Positions 41,482-54,887 of a stretch of 64,000 nt of DNA are shown piece by piece. The position numbers were made by a program, and so were the translations under genes. The notes beneath the pieces are model-generated. The model was not told the DNA's origin. It saw nothing but the letters and a program-made list of their open reading frames with translations, and searched no databases. The first letter of the stretch is position 1. Each line of letters begins with the position of its first letter. This DNA is from Eledone cirrhosa (taxonomy: Eukaryota): NCBI GenBank assembly GCA_964016885.1, contig OZ024740.1, positions 375,286,001 to 375,350,000 on the forward strand, in the 5' to 3' direction.

Positions 41482-41661
41482 CTATTTATAACATACTTGA
41501 CCTCCTTTTCAACCCAAGAGACACATAAAACTTATGCGCATATTGATCAACAGTGGGGTGACATTCATCAAATGATGAATGTCACCCCACTGTTGATCAA
41601 TATGCGCATATGTTTTATGTGTCTCTTGGGTTGAAAAGGAGGTCAAGTATGTTATAAATAG

Positions 41662-41710
41662 TTGCTCCGAAGAATCCAAACCTCGGTTTGGAGGAAACAA
41701 TTGTAAGCAA
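41662..41710 (+). ncRNA. Minimal type I hammerhead, CCGANGA core variant
   Basis: ttgct-CCGAAGA-atccaaac-ctcg-gtttggag-GAAA-caattg-TA-agcaa. Confidence 0.72.
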
Positions 41711-41743
41711 ATAAATGACTTAAACTGAACTTTGATTACTGTA

Positions 41744-41817
<74 letters not shown>

Positions 41818-41877
41818 GCGTGTGTGTGTGTATGTGTGTGTGTGGGAATATATACATACATACACACACACACACGC

Positions 41878-41919
<42 letters not shown>

Positions 41920-42533
41920 GCGTGTGTGTGTGTGTATGTATGTATATATTCCCACAAATGGATGATGAAATGCACTTCAAAAATAAAATTTGTTGATCCT
42001 TCCTTTTCTCAATCCATCTTCTGGTGAAGGACTAGTGTCCCAATGTGACGATTCCTATAGCGTAACAAGCGTAAAATTAATACATTTCTACATTGCATTG
42101 TTTTATTTTCTCTGCTGTTTCTATTCACTATTTACATATTTATATATTTAGTTTCGATGGATATCATAAGAGAGCACATTGGCAGAGAAGTTCTCAGTCT
42201 TACATAATATAATCCTTAACAGCTATACCTTGGAACCAGTATTGTTTCAGATTTCAGATGTTTGTGTACCTGCATCAATAAAATTATTGAGTTGGGGGAA
42301 GGAAACAAATATAAACACGTTACCCTCATATATTACCATATACAAAGTATAGGTGTATTATAAATGTAGTTTTATAAAAACTTTACTAAATTCTGTTTCG
42401 TCCTACAAGACTTTCACTGTATGTTGTTGTAATATCATTGGGAATATAAAAATATGTAGCTGTGTATGTATGAGCGTGTATTTGTGTATTGGTTAAGTAT
42501 GTGTGTGCCTATTTGTATATATGTGTTTACATA

Positions 42534-42742
42534 TCGAGGTTGTTTCAAACAAATTAATATCATTTGATATGTATATATCACAGAAACTACAAGGTCTAGG
42601 ACAATGATACTGAGTTGGCCTAATTATCTGCAACATGTGATTTATTCTTCAAACATTATAACATGAATTCACAATATATATTCCAGTAGATGACAAACTT
42701 AGAATCAAGATATTGATAGAAATATTTATGAAACAACCTCGA
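42534..42742. mobile_element. Small mariner-like MITE
   Basis: 14-bp terminal inverted repeat TCGAGGTTGTTTCA / TGAAACAACCTCGA. Confidence 0.6.
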
Positions 42743-43190
42743 CGAAAGCCTCATTGAAAGACGCTAACATCTCTGCTGATACACGCGAAAGCGTAGCTGC
42801 TGTTCGTAATAAATGGAGAAAGTCTGTACATGAGGGGAGAGTTGCTTTTGAAACATCTCGAATCTCATACGAGAAAGTAAAAAGGTTGTGAGGAAATGCA
42901 TTGCTGTTGCATTTCCAGACAGCGCCGGACCTCCTATGGCGCTGACATACAGCGACTGTGCGAGACTCTGCCTCAGCAAAACTGGACTAGAAAGTCATTT
43001 TGGCAGTTATAAAGCGACACCAGTGGTTGACTACCAGCCTACTGTCGAAGATGCTACTCATCATACCTTTCCAGCATGTGGAAGAGAGTGTAGATCAGCA
43101 GGAGGTCTCAAACGACATGCAAAAGTATATGAATCCACCCACAGTCGGCTATTCCCAGTGAATGTTTTGTTTGCCAACTCTGTGAAAGAC
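42743..43190 (+). mobile_element. RTE-type LINE C-terminal fragment with C2H2-like fingers
   Basis: R.KWRKSV.EG...FE..R, then DCARLCLSKTGLESH and ACGRECRSAGGLKRH. Confidence 0.7.
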
Positions 43191-43710
43191 ATTTATTCTA
43201 ATGAAGAATTAATGTCCGAAAACGTACGTATGTTTTTCTACTATATCAAGCATTAAACTGACATATATCTTCAATTTCCTGTATCCTTTCCCATTCAAAT
43301 TTTGCATTCATACACTTGCACGTGCGTAGACCGCATATACACGCACGGAATATAAATATGTATATATATCAAGAAGTTGATTGTATATTCCTCTCTGCAT
43401 CTTTTATCCGTACTCACGTGTAACACACGTTTTGCATATGACCAGATAGAACATTTTGTCGTTTACACTCATCTTGACCGTAGGATAGATTTGCATAGGA
43501 AATTAGAATTGAAATATGTTCATCTCAGTTTGTGTTAAGTGTCATACCTGTTTGTATATAATATACCAATCAATCTCAAATATTACGTTATACAGGGAAA
43601 AGATTTAATATGTAATGTTACTCACAAACTGAGGCAAAGGTGCATAGATATAAAGATAGAAGTGATGATCACAACGAAGATAAAATAAAATGCACTGTAT
43701 ATAAAATAAT

Positions 43711-43893
43711 TGTTTCTACTTTTTGGCATAAGGCCAGCAATTACCCAGTGCATTACTGGTACTTTATTTTATCGACCCTGTAAGGATGAAAAGCAAAGTT
43801 AACCTCAGCTGGATTTGAACTCAGAATGGCAAGGGCCGTAACTCTATGCGTCAAAGCATGGCGTCCGTCCCTCTATCGATACTGCCAATCCGC
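43711..43893 (-). mobile_element. SINE
   Basis: Same SINE family; flanking ATAAAATAAT duplicated. Confidence 0.9.
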
Positions 43894-45296
43894 ATAAAAT
43901 AATGGAAGTAATATGGCAAGTGAAGCACATAGATAGGAAGTTTGAGAAACAGACGTAAGATAATATAAAATTAAAAAATATAATTTCAAAAAATTAGAGA
44001 ATAACGTATATATGTAAAAACAGAAAATTGTAGAAAAATATGACAACATTTGTTAAAAAAAACTAAGATAAATTAAAAATGTAAAAAACACAACCAGTAT
44101 GAAAAATATTAATACGACTGCTTATTTGGCAACTGTACAAGAGCGCTTCAAACCACGTCTCTGTACAGAACAGGTGCGATCAAATTTTCTGACTTTCTTA
44201 GAGGTATTTGGCAGTTACCGCTACCTATATGACTTAATAAGCAGTGAGATCATGGTTCTGAATGTAGAGTTACAAGAGTGGGGACGGAGTGAAAAAGGTT
44301 TAAGGAAGTACTATTGTCAAGACAAAAGGTAGATTGCATGACCTATAATCTACATTGTTGAGTAAAAATGTCAAGAGAGCGTAAACATAAATATCAAAAT
44401 ATATATGTATCGTCCAACACAGTTTATTGGCCTGAGACATGTAGAGATGTCTAATTATTTAGTTGAGTGTCATTGCAGTTTATATAAACTATAACATACT
44501 CCCAAGGGGATTCTAAATCATATTCGAAAATATATAACTTTCCATGTGATTATACATTTATTTTAATGTACTCTAGTCTCAAATTATTCTTCATAATTTG
44601 GAAAACTAGAAATCCTAATACCCATGAACAGTATATATGTACATCAACTGATGCACATAAAAAGTAGAACTTAAGAGAATGTGCTGTTCAATATACAAAA
44701 AGGTCATGCAGCTATTAAATATTAGCGAGGTCGACGCATTATGGCACCAATCGGTGGTCGATAAAATATGTGTTCGTTATACATAACATTTAATTCAATT
44801 TACTATAGATAAAATACGCTAAACAATTCAGTATTTTATATATTATATTACACAATTAGGATTTGAAAGCATGCGAAATGAAAGAATTCTGCAATCGTAT
44901 GTATCGTCTTAAAAACGTCCTCTGAGGGTGGAAAAGCTATATTGTTTTCTGAACATCGATCAATTTACGTTCGAGCACTGACAGCAAGCATTCCTAACAG
45001 CCTCGCTGCACACTGACGTGACTATGGTCAACCAAGCCAGAAACTGAGTAGAATTCAATATTAGTATGTTTGACTGTGAGGGAAAAACCTTGTTATTAAA
45101 ACTCCTCTGGGTTAAGATCATGAAGCGGACGAAATGAGAACAACGTCGATTGGGTAATTATATGTTACATTCATTCTATTGATGGTTGTTAGACACATTG
45201 GAATATTTAGAACATCAAGGATAAGGAAAAAGTGTGTAAAGGAATATTTGAAGAGGCCTCGTGATCATGCAATATCCGGTAATTTGGTGGAGATTA

Positions 45297-45403
<107 letters not shown>

Positions 45404-45573
45404 GAGAGAGAGAGAGAGATATACACGAGTGTGTATGATTGTGTATAGAAGATTATATTAATAAAAGGAATTCCAACTTTGTCTGATTTACTCGTTTTAT
45501 TTACAATCCTTTAAAATGTATAATGGTATTAGAATGAAATAGCATGGTAGAATATTAAATGTTAAGTGTTAAT

Positions 45574-45612
45574 TGAACAAGTACTTTCATGCTTTCGCAA
45601 TCTTCAGGTTCA
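45574..45612 (-). ncRNA. Very small (39 nt) minimal hammerhead
   Basis: tgaac-CTGAAGA-ttgc-gaaa-gcat-GAAA-gtac-TT-gttca; palindromic stem III AAGTACTT. Confidence 0.7.
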
Positions 45613-46889
45613 TATTCTGTGGTGACAGTCAAGTTTTAGATACAGTCAAGTTTTAGATACAGTGAATGATTGGTCTTTGTTGTTTTAGATACAGTGAATG
45701 ATTGGTCTTTGTTGTCCGGTTTTTGTTGTCCTGACGTTAAAAAATGGATTTATCTCTGTTCAGGATTTATATTCCTGTTGGTGTTTGCTTGATGAACCTT
45801 TGGTGAAGAGAGAGCAAGAAGTGGTATTCATCTTCACAATTAATTTTGCGAAACAGCATTATCAAAGCTGTCCGGTGGATTGGTAGTTACCACAATTCCG
45901 GTTTGTATTTACTTTCTTGATTTATTCTTAAATTGAGTCTGGCAAACCCCATTGTCTATAGTTAGTATTCTTTTCACCTTAGCGAATCTGGTCCCTTACG
46001 ATTTGAATCTTTATGTAGTAAGTTATCCATGGTGTATAAATATACGGAAGTTGATACGAAGACAGGAAATTAATTTTCCATATTTTATTATGTGTAGCGC
46101 ATTTCTATTCTCTTCCTATTTTATTTGGGTTTGTTTAATATTGTAAACCTGGTGATATACATCTCATCATTAGATGCAAGCATAAAATAAGGTTCTCGTA
46201 ACTACGTAAACTCAAATAAAATATAGTAATACAGGAATATAAACAATCGGCTATGTATAAGTTCCCGTGTTTACATACGTTTATATATAGGAAAAAGAAG
46301 GTGAAAATATAATCGTCTAAGATCTTTAAGATTGTTAATTAACAATTATCTATAATTTTCCTGGTTTCACAAATTTAATGATTTTCAACAGTTAAGGAAA
46401 ATGGATCGATGTGTGACTATGCGAACTTGTAACTCTTATCTATTGTTGGAAACATCAGTTTTATGCAAAAAATTCGACTGAGATGTTTAAAGTAAGATTT
46501 GATATGGTAAAGAAGATCAAGAAGTTAGGCATCGAATTTTATGATATTTACGCACCGAAAATATTGAATACCGTAGTTCTTTCAGTTTCATACAGAAAAG
46601 TGCATAAATTAGTATTTGTTTCAAGCATAGTTTCAAAGGCTGAGGATGATCAAGTGATTAGGCACCTAATTTGGTTGTACGTTCGCGTCAAAACAACGAG
46701 TGTCGTGGTTTAGTGAATATGGAATTGCCATTTCGTGTCTACTCTTCAGATGTTCTGTCGACAAACGAAGTTGGTATTTTCCCTGTGGCAATGACAAAAA
46801 CATAAAAGTACAGGAATTTTTCTTTATGTACATGTGAATTTGTGTGTGTGTGTGTGTGTAGCTAGTTATTTTGTTTCCTCCTACATCTG

Positions 46890-47098
46890 AATAATGGTTT
46901 CTTATATAGACGAAAGGCCAACAATTTTGGGAGAGGGGATATCGATTAAATCGACCCCTGTGCGTGACTGCTTTCTTCTTTTATCGATCCCGTAAAGATG
47001 AAGGCAAAGTTAACCTCGGCTGGATTTGAACTGAGATGATAATGGGCCGTAACTCTATGCTGCAAAGCATGGCGTCCGACCCTCTACCGATACTGCCA
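46890..47098 (-). mobile_element. SINE (longer variant)
   Basis: Same head and core, plus a GGGTCGAT..AATCGA segment. Confidence 0.85.
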
Positions 47099-47409
47099 TT
47101 GTTTGTAACAGATAATCCGTAGGCTTTCCTCAGCGAGAGATAAGATCAAATGGAACAAACACACATAACCAAAAGCCACAGGAATGAATATCTTACCTTG
47201 TGCACTGGACTTTAGAAGTGGTGTGAGTGGATATGCTAAAAATAATAGCCCTTTTCAGGGCGAATCAGATTAAATCTCTAATCTGTTTTTACGTTTGCTT
47301 CAGGTTAAATTTATCAAACGAATGTGGGATTTCAACCTTCGTAATTTTAGACACACAATTTACTGTGTTTATTTCTACATATTATATATATATATATATA
47401 TGTGTGTGC

Positions 47410-47517
<108 letters not shown>

Positions 47518-47935
47518 ATCTGTGCGTTTGTAAATGTATATTTATTTATGTGTGGGCAGGGGTCTGTGTGCGCGTATTCATGCTTGTAAGAGTACATAAT
47601 GAGATAACCAGAATTTTGCGATATGTTGTTCGTGACGGAAGATCCTTTCTTATATAAAACAACCTTTCCATTTCTGCTGCGTACAATGTTTGGTTTTCAT
47701 TTAATAATAGGGAAATGTTTTTAAAGAGATAATGGGTCTGACACAAGGTGTTCATTTTGCGCGTAAACAATTATTACTTAAGCTCTTGTAGTGAAAATTG
47801 AAGGGTGGTCTCATCTGCATAGAAATGCGCTTGTGTAATCAGAACCAGCAATGAGAAAGTCATTAATTTATAGAACAAATGTCAAATACATAAGTCGAAA
47901 TATCTGAAATACATTAAGATCTACTGAAAGAATTG

Positions 47936-48034
<99 letters not shown>

Positions 48035-48542
48035 CGGCTACTTTAATATATTAAGGCATATGTAACACTTAACCTCACCTGCTGAGATGGTGTCGAACTA
48101 CAAATGTGATGCACAACAGATAATATGAAAAGAGAGGTAAACGAAATTATTTAATATATTGAGAAATTGCCAAACCTGTGAGTAATAATGTCCCTTCCGG
48201 GTAGTCTACAAATTTCACTGATTTATAGAAATTTTGAAAAGAATTTTGCAATGCTATATAATATTTGCACGCATCGTTCAGTGAAGACCTACGTATAGTC
48301 ACATATGTGCATATACATAGATTGATAGATACATCTAGAGGTTATTAGAATTGATCTAACAAACTTTAGCACTACTACTTACCCTCTCTCTCTCAACTTA
48401 CCTCAACTACCTATGGTTTCAAGGCTTACCCTAACTGTTTTTAGTAAACTTATATCTGCTAATGTTTCTTAACTTTCAGACAATCCCAATATGGCAGACT
48501 GTATTTACATAAGATCTGGTTAGGTGCAAGTGAGGTAATAAT

Positions 48543-48728
48543 TGATTCTACTTTTGGTAAAAGGCCAGCAATTAGCCAGTACATTACTGGTACTTTATTT
48601 TATCGACGCCGTAAGGATGAAAGGCAAAGTTAACCTTGGCGGGATTAGAACTCAGACCGTAAAGGGACGTAACTATGCCAGAAAGCATGCCGTCCAACCG
48701 TCTACCGATACAGCCAATTCACCGCCCT
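48543..48728 (-). mobile_element. SINE with 16-bp TSD
   Basis: CAAGTGAGGTAATAAT at 48527-48542 and 48729-48744. Confidence 0.92.
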
Positions 48729-48872
48729 CAAGTGAGGTAATAATATGCCAAAGTATTTGGTATGTTGTTATTCTGGGGTAGCAACTCAGGTGTCTGCCAT
48801 AACGTTAAATTCTAATTGTTTTGTGTTTTCCTATATATAATTAAATCGATTATTGTAGTATAAATATTATTA

Positions 48873-49370
48873 AGGCGTAGTCTAGTGCAGTGAATTGGCA
48901 GTATATGTAGAGGGCCGGACACCATGCTTTGCAGCATAGAGTTACGGTCCTTTATGATCTGAGTTCAAATCCTGCCGGGGTTAACTTTGCCTTTCATCCT
49001 TACGGGTTCGATAAAATAATATACCAGTCACGCACTGGGGTCGATCTAATCGACATTCCCCTCTCCCCAAATTGCTGGTCCTGATTCTTTATGAGAAAAC
49101 ATTATTAAGGCGTAGTCTGGCGTTGTGCCCAAGGTACAATTATTAATGCGTAGTATGGTGGTGGATCGGTAGTATTGGTAGAGCGCCGGACATGTTTCGT
49201 GTCATAGAGCTACGGCTCTTTATGTTGTGAGTTCAAATCCAGCTGAGGTTAGCTTTCTCTTTCATAGTTGCGGGGACGATAAAAATAAAATGCCTCTCAC
49301 GCATTGAGGTCATTTTAATCGAGCCACCCCCCAGATTACTTGCCTTGTGCCTAAATCAGAAATCATTATT
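48873..49370 (+). mobile_element. Two tandem SINE copies (48873-49105, ~49148-49370)
   Basis: tRNA-like head (TGGCAGTA..GTAG, GAGTTCAAATCC B box) and SINE core occur twice. ATTATTAAGGCGTAGTCT is duplicated around the first copy. Confidence 0.85.
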
Positions 49371-49732
49371 AAATGTAGTGTAATGATAAATATTTATATG
49401 CGTGTGTTTTTGTACTTGTGCGTATAGTTATATTAATATAGAGTGTCATATAGGTATTGTTAAATATGCATATTTTATTTATGGGTATATTTTGTATATA
49501 GATTATTAGATTTAAGCGTGTTTGGGTACAAGGTGATAAGTGCGTGTGTCTGTGACCAATTGAATGTGACAGAGTCTTTATGCTACCATGCTGCACGGAT
49601 ATCTTATATCTTATATGTGTAACTTCCTCTAAATCATCCATTTTTATTGTACAAGAAATACCTACACACTATATATTCATATATATATATATATATCAGA
49701 CACCTTCCAATCGTAACCAATCTCGATAGTTC

Positions 49733-49778
<46 letters not shown>

Positions 49779-49898
49779 ATATGAAAGACGTAAAATAAGA
49801 AAATTTTAAAAATTAAAAATTAACTTACTTACTAATATAATACAAATAGTGAACACAATGAAATTAAAAAAAATACGGGTAATTCATATTAAAACTTA

Positions 49899-50031
49899 TT
49901 ATTTTACGATTGTTTCTGGGGGGTAGTTCTGCGTATGTTCATTCTATTAGTGATCTGTGTAAAATATATTACAAATTATCAAAGTAAGAAAATATACATG
50001 CGTCTTCCCTACCCGCCGTCTTCAGAAATAA
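49899..50031 (-). ncRNA. Type I hammerhead with ~100-nt stem II extension
   Basis: ttattt-CTGAAGA-cggcgggtag...ctacccccca-GAAA-caatcg-TA-aaataa. Confidence 0.6.
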
Positions 50032-52296
50032 TGAGTTTTGCTTATTGAAGAAAATAAAAAAAACATGTATGAATAAGTAACCTTTTAAGAAAAAGGTTGA
50101 AATTGACCAATAGTAAAGATAGGAAGGAGCAATATAGATCATTAAGCTAGTAGTAGTAGATGAATAAATTAGCAGTCAGGGATGAGGTATCGAATGACCT
50201 TTAAGAAGAGAAGTTGCGGGTGTAAATGAATTTAGACAGATAGTATAGAAATTTCAGAAAAGTGTGGACGGTCAGGGAAGATTAAAGTTGGTGGGAAAAG
50301 GGTGCAGATATCAGTGTGTTATATCCAGTAGAATAGTGTAGAACAATCCTAAATATTTGTTATTTCTTTGTTCAAGAGGAATGATTTGTTCTAAAAATAG
50401 AACAAGTGGAGGAATATATAGATGGAACCAAAGAAAAGTAAACAGTAGATAAAAAATATATATATGTAAGAAAATAATAAAATTTGTGTAAGTATTGTAT
50501 TCTGTTAGAGTGGTCAGAATGAAGTTTTACCTGTAGGTAAACTATCTAAAAATCATCAAACCATACGAAAACACCTAACTCCATTAATCTTAAAAAGCAG
50601 TTAATAATAACACCTTATATCTTAATTCTCAGGATAAACCTAATGATATATTACCTATTTCATTGAACCTTCAACCTAACCAAAGCACACCTTTCCAATC
50701 CAATAAATCAGAGAAACATATCCGAAATACTATAAATAACAAGAATAATACCAAAATACCAGGTCCAATCAATAAGGCTCCATTAATAAAACTCCCAATA
50801 TCATCTATAAATCAAGCAAAACACAATAAATCAAAAACTAATACAATTCAAAAATCTACTAAACAATTTGTTCACACCTCTAATAATAATCACCATATTA
50901 TAGTACCATGTGATAACAAAATCTACCCTTAAATTTCTATACATACCCAATATAACAATAGTAAACCAATTAGAAACCATAAAAGAAACGTAACATGGTA
51001 CAATGCTCCATTTAACTTGCAAACTATGGGCCAAATCCCTAAAAAATGTTTGCAATTCTTGATAAACATTTCCCACCTAACCACAAATACCATTAAATCT
51101 TAAACAGATATACAGTAAACATGTCTTACTCCACATATACAACAAAGAATAAGTTCATAAAACATCTATAAATGTAAACAAACTCCATGTATACCTCTAG
51201 CACACCAAACACAAAATAACTATAATAATACTACAACGCATAACCAGAATATTATTACCTATCCACCAGTTACATCCCCTGACTCACCTCACCAACACAA
51301 TACATTCAGCCTACAAGCAACTACCATCTTCCTCATCCTTAACTTCCAAAACAACCATGATACTATAAACACTATATCCCCTATAATTTCACCAACTAAC
51401 AACCCTTCGAGCCATGACCATCCAACCGCAAACCCTTCTCTCTCATATAAAAATGTAAATACAAATACTAGCACTGTTATTGGGAATATATCAAGCACAT
51501 CTGGAACCCTATGTACAAACGGTTGTAATTGTATAGTAAAAAGTAATTGCCCGCTAAATGGAAAATGCTTAATTAATAATATAGTGTATAAATGTATAAT
51601 TACCACTAAGTATTCTAATCAATCCTATATTGGATCTAATCAGTTTAAAACGAGATTTTATACACACATCCACAGTTTTCGAAATACAAGATTAGCTAAT
51701 ACCACTTCTTTAGGGGAAGCAGTTAATAATTGTAAAAAGAAGAACATTAATTATAACCTATCTTCGAAGATTCTCAAAAGAGCTATCTCTTATCAAGGCA
51801 ATAGAAAGGAGTGTGAACTATGTTCCCAAGACATTTTTGAAATTACTATATCGAAAGACATTCTATTAAATAAAAGACAAGAATTAATTTATCGCATGTA
51901 ACCATAGAATTAGAAAGACATTCAAGTATTCTAAATACAACTAAATAAATAAAGAAAACAATATAAAAGAATATATATATATATATATATCATACACCTA
52001 CGGTGGTAGGTGTATAATATTCTTAAGGTCCCATTTCGATCACTCGCGACACCTTCAAAGCTTTGTCACTAATTCAATTTTTGATAGAATTGGATGCGGT
52101 TTCTTTCACTTTATAGGACCACAGATAAGCTACTTTTTGAGATAAAAATATTGAAATTTGGTTCAGTAGAAAAAAAGTTACATAAAAATAAGTGAGGACC
52201 AAAAGAGTGTAAGGAACTACATACATAAGTAACGCTTAGTTTGTTTCTAATTTCTAATACATTAAAATAGTGATAGATTGTGCATCAGTGAATTGT

Positions 52297-52369
52297 GGTC
52301 AGGTAGCTCAGTCGGTAGAGCAGCAGACCGGCAATCCGAAGGTCGTGTGTTCGATTCCCACCCTGATTA
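52297..52369 (+). pseudogene. tRNA-like sequence (GGC at the anticodon position, Ala-like), imperfect stems
   Basis: GGTCAGG/CCTGATT acceptor stem, TAGCTCAGTCGGTAGAGC D arm, GTTCGATTCC T arm. The anticodon stem is mispaired. Confidence 0.65.
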
Positions 52370-52482
52370 CTTTTCCTATCTGCACATCTTCCTATTCATT
52401 ATTATTTATTTAACTTATTTGTTGATAAATATTTTTAATATTAATATAATATCCTTGCATTGCCTGGAAAAAAAGTGGATTA

Positions 52483-53679
52483 CAGGGAAAAATGCGGGCG
52501 CATGTAAAGAAATATTCTTAAATTAATAAACCTAGAAAAGTAAAGGACAAGTTATTACACCTGGAAAAGTAAAGGACAAGAAAACTTCTTCTTAAAACTT
52601 CTTAAAATATTGCAGCTAAAGTCTAAATTTGAAAAAAAAATATTTAGATTATAAAACTAAAAATAAATAATTATAAGTTAATTGTAAAAAATATATCACT
52701 TTAAAGGACTGGAAAAATGACTGTCTTATAGGGAGAGTTGACTACTGTATACTTAATTTTTTTCTTGGTGTATACAAATTAATCTTTTTAAAATAAAATT
52801 TGTACAATAATTAATTAATAATAATAATAATAATTAATATGTACAATTTATTAATTTATGTTATAAGATATTTAAAAATGTTGACTCTTAATCAAATTAT
52901 ATTTTTAAAAATTTATTTATAAAATAATGCAGTAAAATAAATCAAAAAAAGTGCATCATATAATTGCACTTTTTATGAGTATTACAGATCTTTTTTATAA
53001 TATATTAAAATTCAACATCTCAAGGGCCAAAATTAGGTAAAAGTCAATTCATCAATTATTCATTTATAGTGAATCAATCAATTATAGTGAATTCATCAAT
53101 TCATTAGAGGAACTGTTGAATTAGACAATGTTTCATTTTTAATTGTAGTCTAATTTTACTCTACCTAAAAATGTAGATTGGTTATTTTGATCTCTGACAG
53201 GTCTTAAATTTCATTATTAAACAATTATAATGTGTTATTATTTATCATTACAGTTGGCTCCCTAATTAATTATTAATTAATTGTTAGTGTCATTTACACG
53301 CCAAAATTTTGTTTTATTTGATGTTTATAATCGTCACTCATTTTTTCAGTCCCATTTAGTAAAGTAAAATAAAGTATATTTATTTAATGACTCAACCACT
53401 ATGGTGTAAATTAGGATCACAAAATTAAATAAATGATCATAAATTAGTATTATTATCAATTAGAGAGTCAACTGTATTATTAGAATTTATCATTTTCTAT
53501 GTATATTTAAATCAAATATTTTTTATTATTCAAATTTATATTATAGCTGTAATATGTTAAGAAGTTTTAAGAAGAAGTTTTCTTGTCCTTTACTTTTCCA
53601 GGTGTAATAACTTGTCCTTTACTTTTGTAGGTTTATTAATTTAAGAATATTTCTTTACATGCGCCCGCATTTTTCCCTG
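52483..53679. mobile_element. Non-autonomous TIR element (~140-bp TIRs, TA flanks; Tc1/mariner-like MITE)
   Basis: TA|CAGGGAAAAATGCGGGCGC ... GCGCCCGCATTTTTCCCTG|TA, with AAAAGTAAAGGACAAG twice in each TIR. Confidence 0.85.
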
Positions 53680-54548
53680 TAATATATACATATATCTATA
53701 TATGTGTGTATATATTATTTTTGCTATTAGAATTACTCCATAGATTCAATCCTATATTTCATCCCTACAACTGTTTTAAACAATTAACTATTAAAGAGCA
53801 CTATATATTACATTATATTCAACACTCTAACATTAACAGACATGCATTTAAACCTATTAAGAAAACCAGATTATTAATGAGATTTGTTATTCGAAAATAA
53901 AATTCCCTACAGGTAAAACTTCATTCTGAACACTCTAACACAATATAATACTTACACAAATGTTATTATTTTCTTACCTATATATATATTTTTTTTTATC
54001 AACTTTTTCCTTTTTTTTGGTTCCATTTATATTCCTCCACTTGTTCTATTTTTAGAACAAATTATTCCTCTTGAACAAAGAAATAACAAATATTTAGGAT
54101 TGTTCTATACTATTCTACTGGATATAACACACTGATATCTGCACCCCTATTCCTCCAACTTTAAATTTCCTTGACCGTCCACACTTTTCTGAAATGTCTA
54201 TACTATCTGTCTAAATTCCTTTACACTCGCAGCTTTCTTTTCTTAAAGGTCATTCGATAACTCATCCCCTGACTGATAATTTATTCATCTACTACTACCA
54301 GCTTAATGATCTGTATTGACTGCTGCTATGGTAGCAGGCAGGCTGCTGTCTTATTAGCAAACCACTTTCCACTGATTGACCTCGATGTCACGTGATTGAC
54401 TCTTTTTGAATTTGCCACCGACGCAGAGGCAGTGATTTTCTCAATGGCTAGGAATTCAGTCCACGCTTTGCTATTTTCTATCCACTGAATTATTTTTTAA
54501 TAAGTTTCCAGAGTCCACGCTTTGCCTGGATACTTAGATGAGAATAGT

Positions 54549-54628
54549 CTTCCCTGACGACGGAATGGTTCTCTGTATTTTCTTCGGAAAATATATTTAT
54601 TGCATTCCAGAAACTAATTAGTTGGAAG
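54549..54628 (+). ncRNA. Type I hammerhead
   Basis: cttcc-CTGACGA-cggaatg...cattcca-GAAA-ctaattag-TT-ggaag. Confidence 0.78.
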
Positions 54629-54796
54629 TGATATTTTAGTAAGTAAGTTAATTTTATAATTTTCTTATTTTACGTCTCATATTATTGTTCTGCAACCCCA
54701 TGCATTGAACCACAAAGTTACTAAGACAAAACCTATATATTTGCTAGCATTGATATTTTAGTAAGTAAGTTAATTTTATAATTTTCTTATTTTACG

Positions 54797-54869
<73 letters not shown>

Positions 54870-54887
54870 CATATATTTATTTATATA

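Larger units (their letters stand above)
41394..41749. repeat. Near-perfect 356-bp palindrome (177-bp arms, 2-nt centre)
   Basis: Centre TTCATCA-AA-TGATGAA; only one mismatch seen by eye. Confidence 0.97.
49780..54800 (+). mobile_element. Naiad-type PLE (5'-truncated, degenerate) with inverted 5' pLTR and 3' pLTR, interrupted by nested insertions
   Basis: 50131-50537 is inverted to 53905-54320. The body reads RNVTWYNAPFN, CNC..CPLNGKCL..IVYKC, YIG..FKTRFYTH..F, CELC..LNKRQE. Confidence 0.88.
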
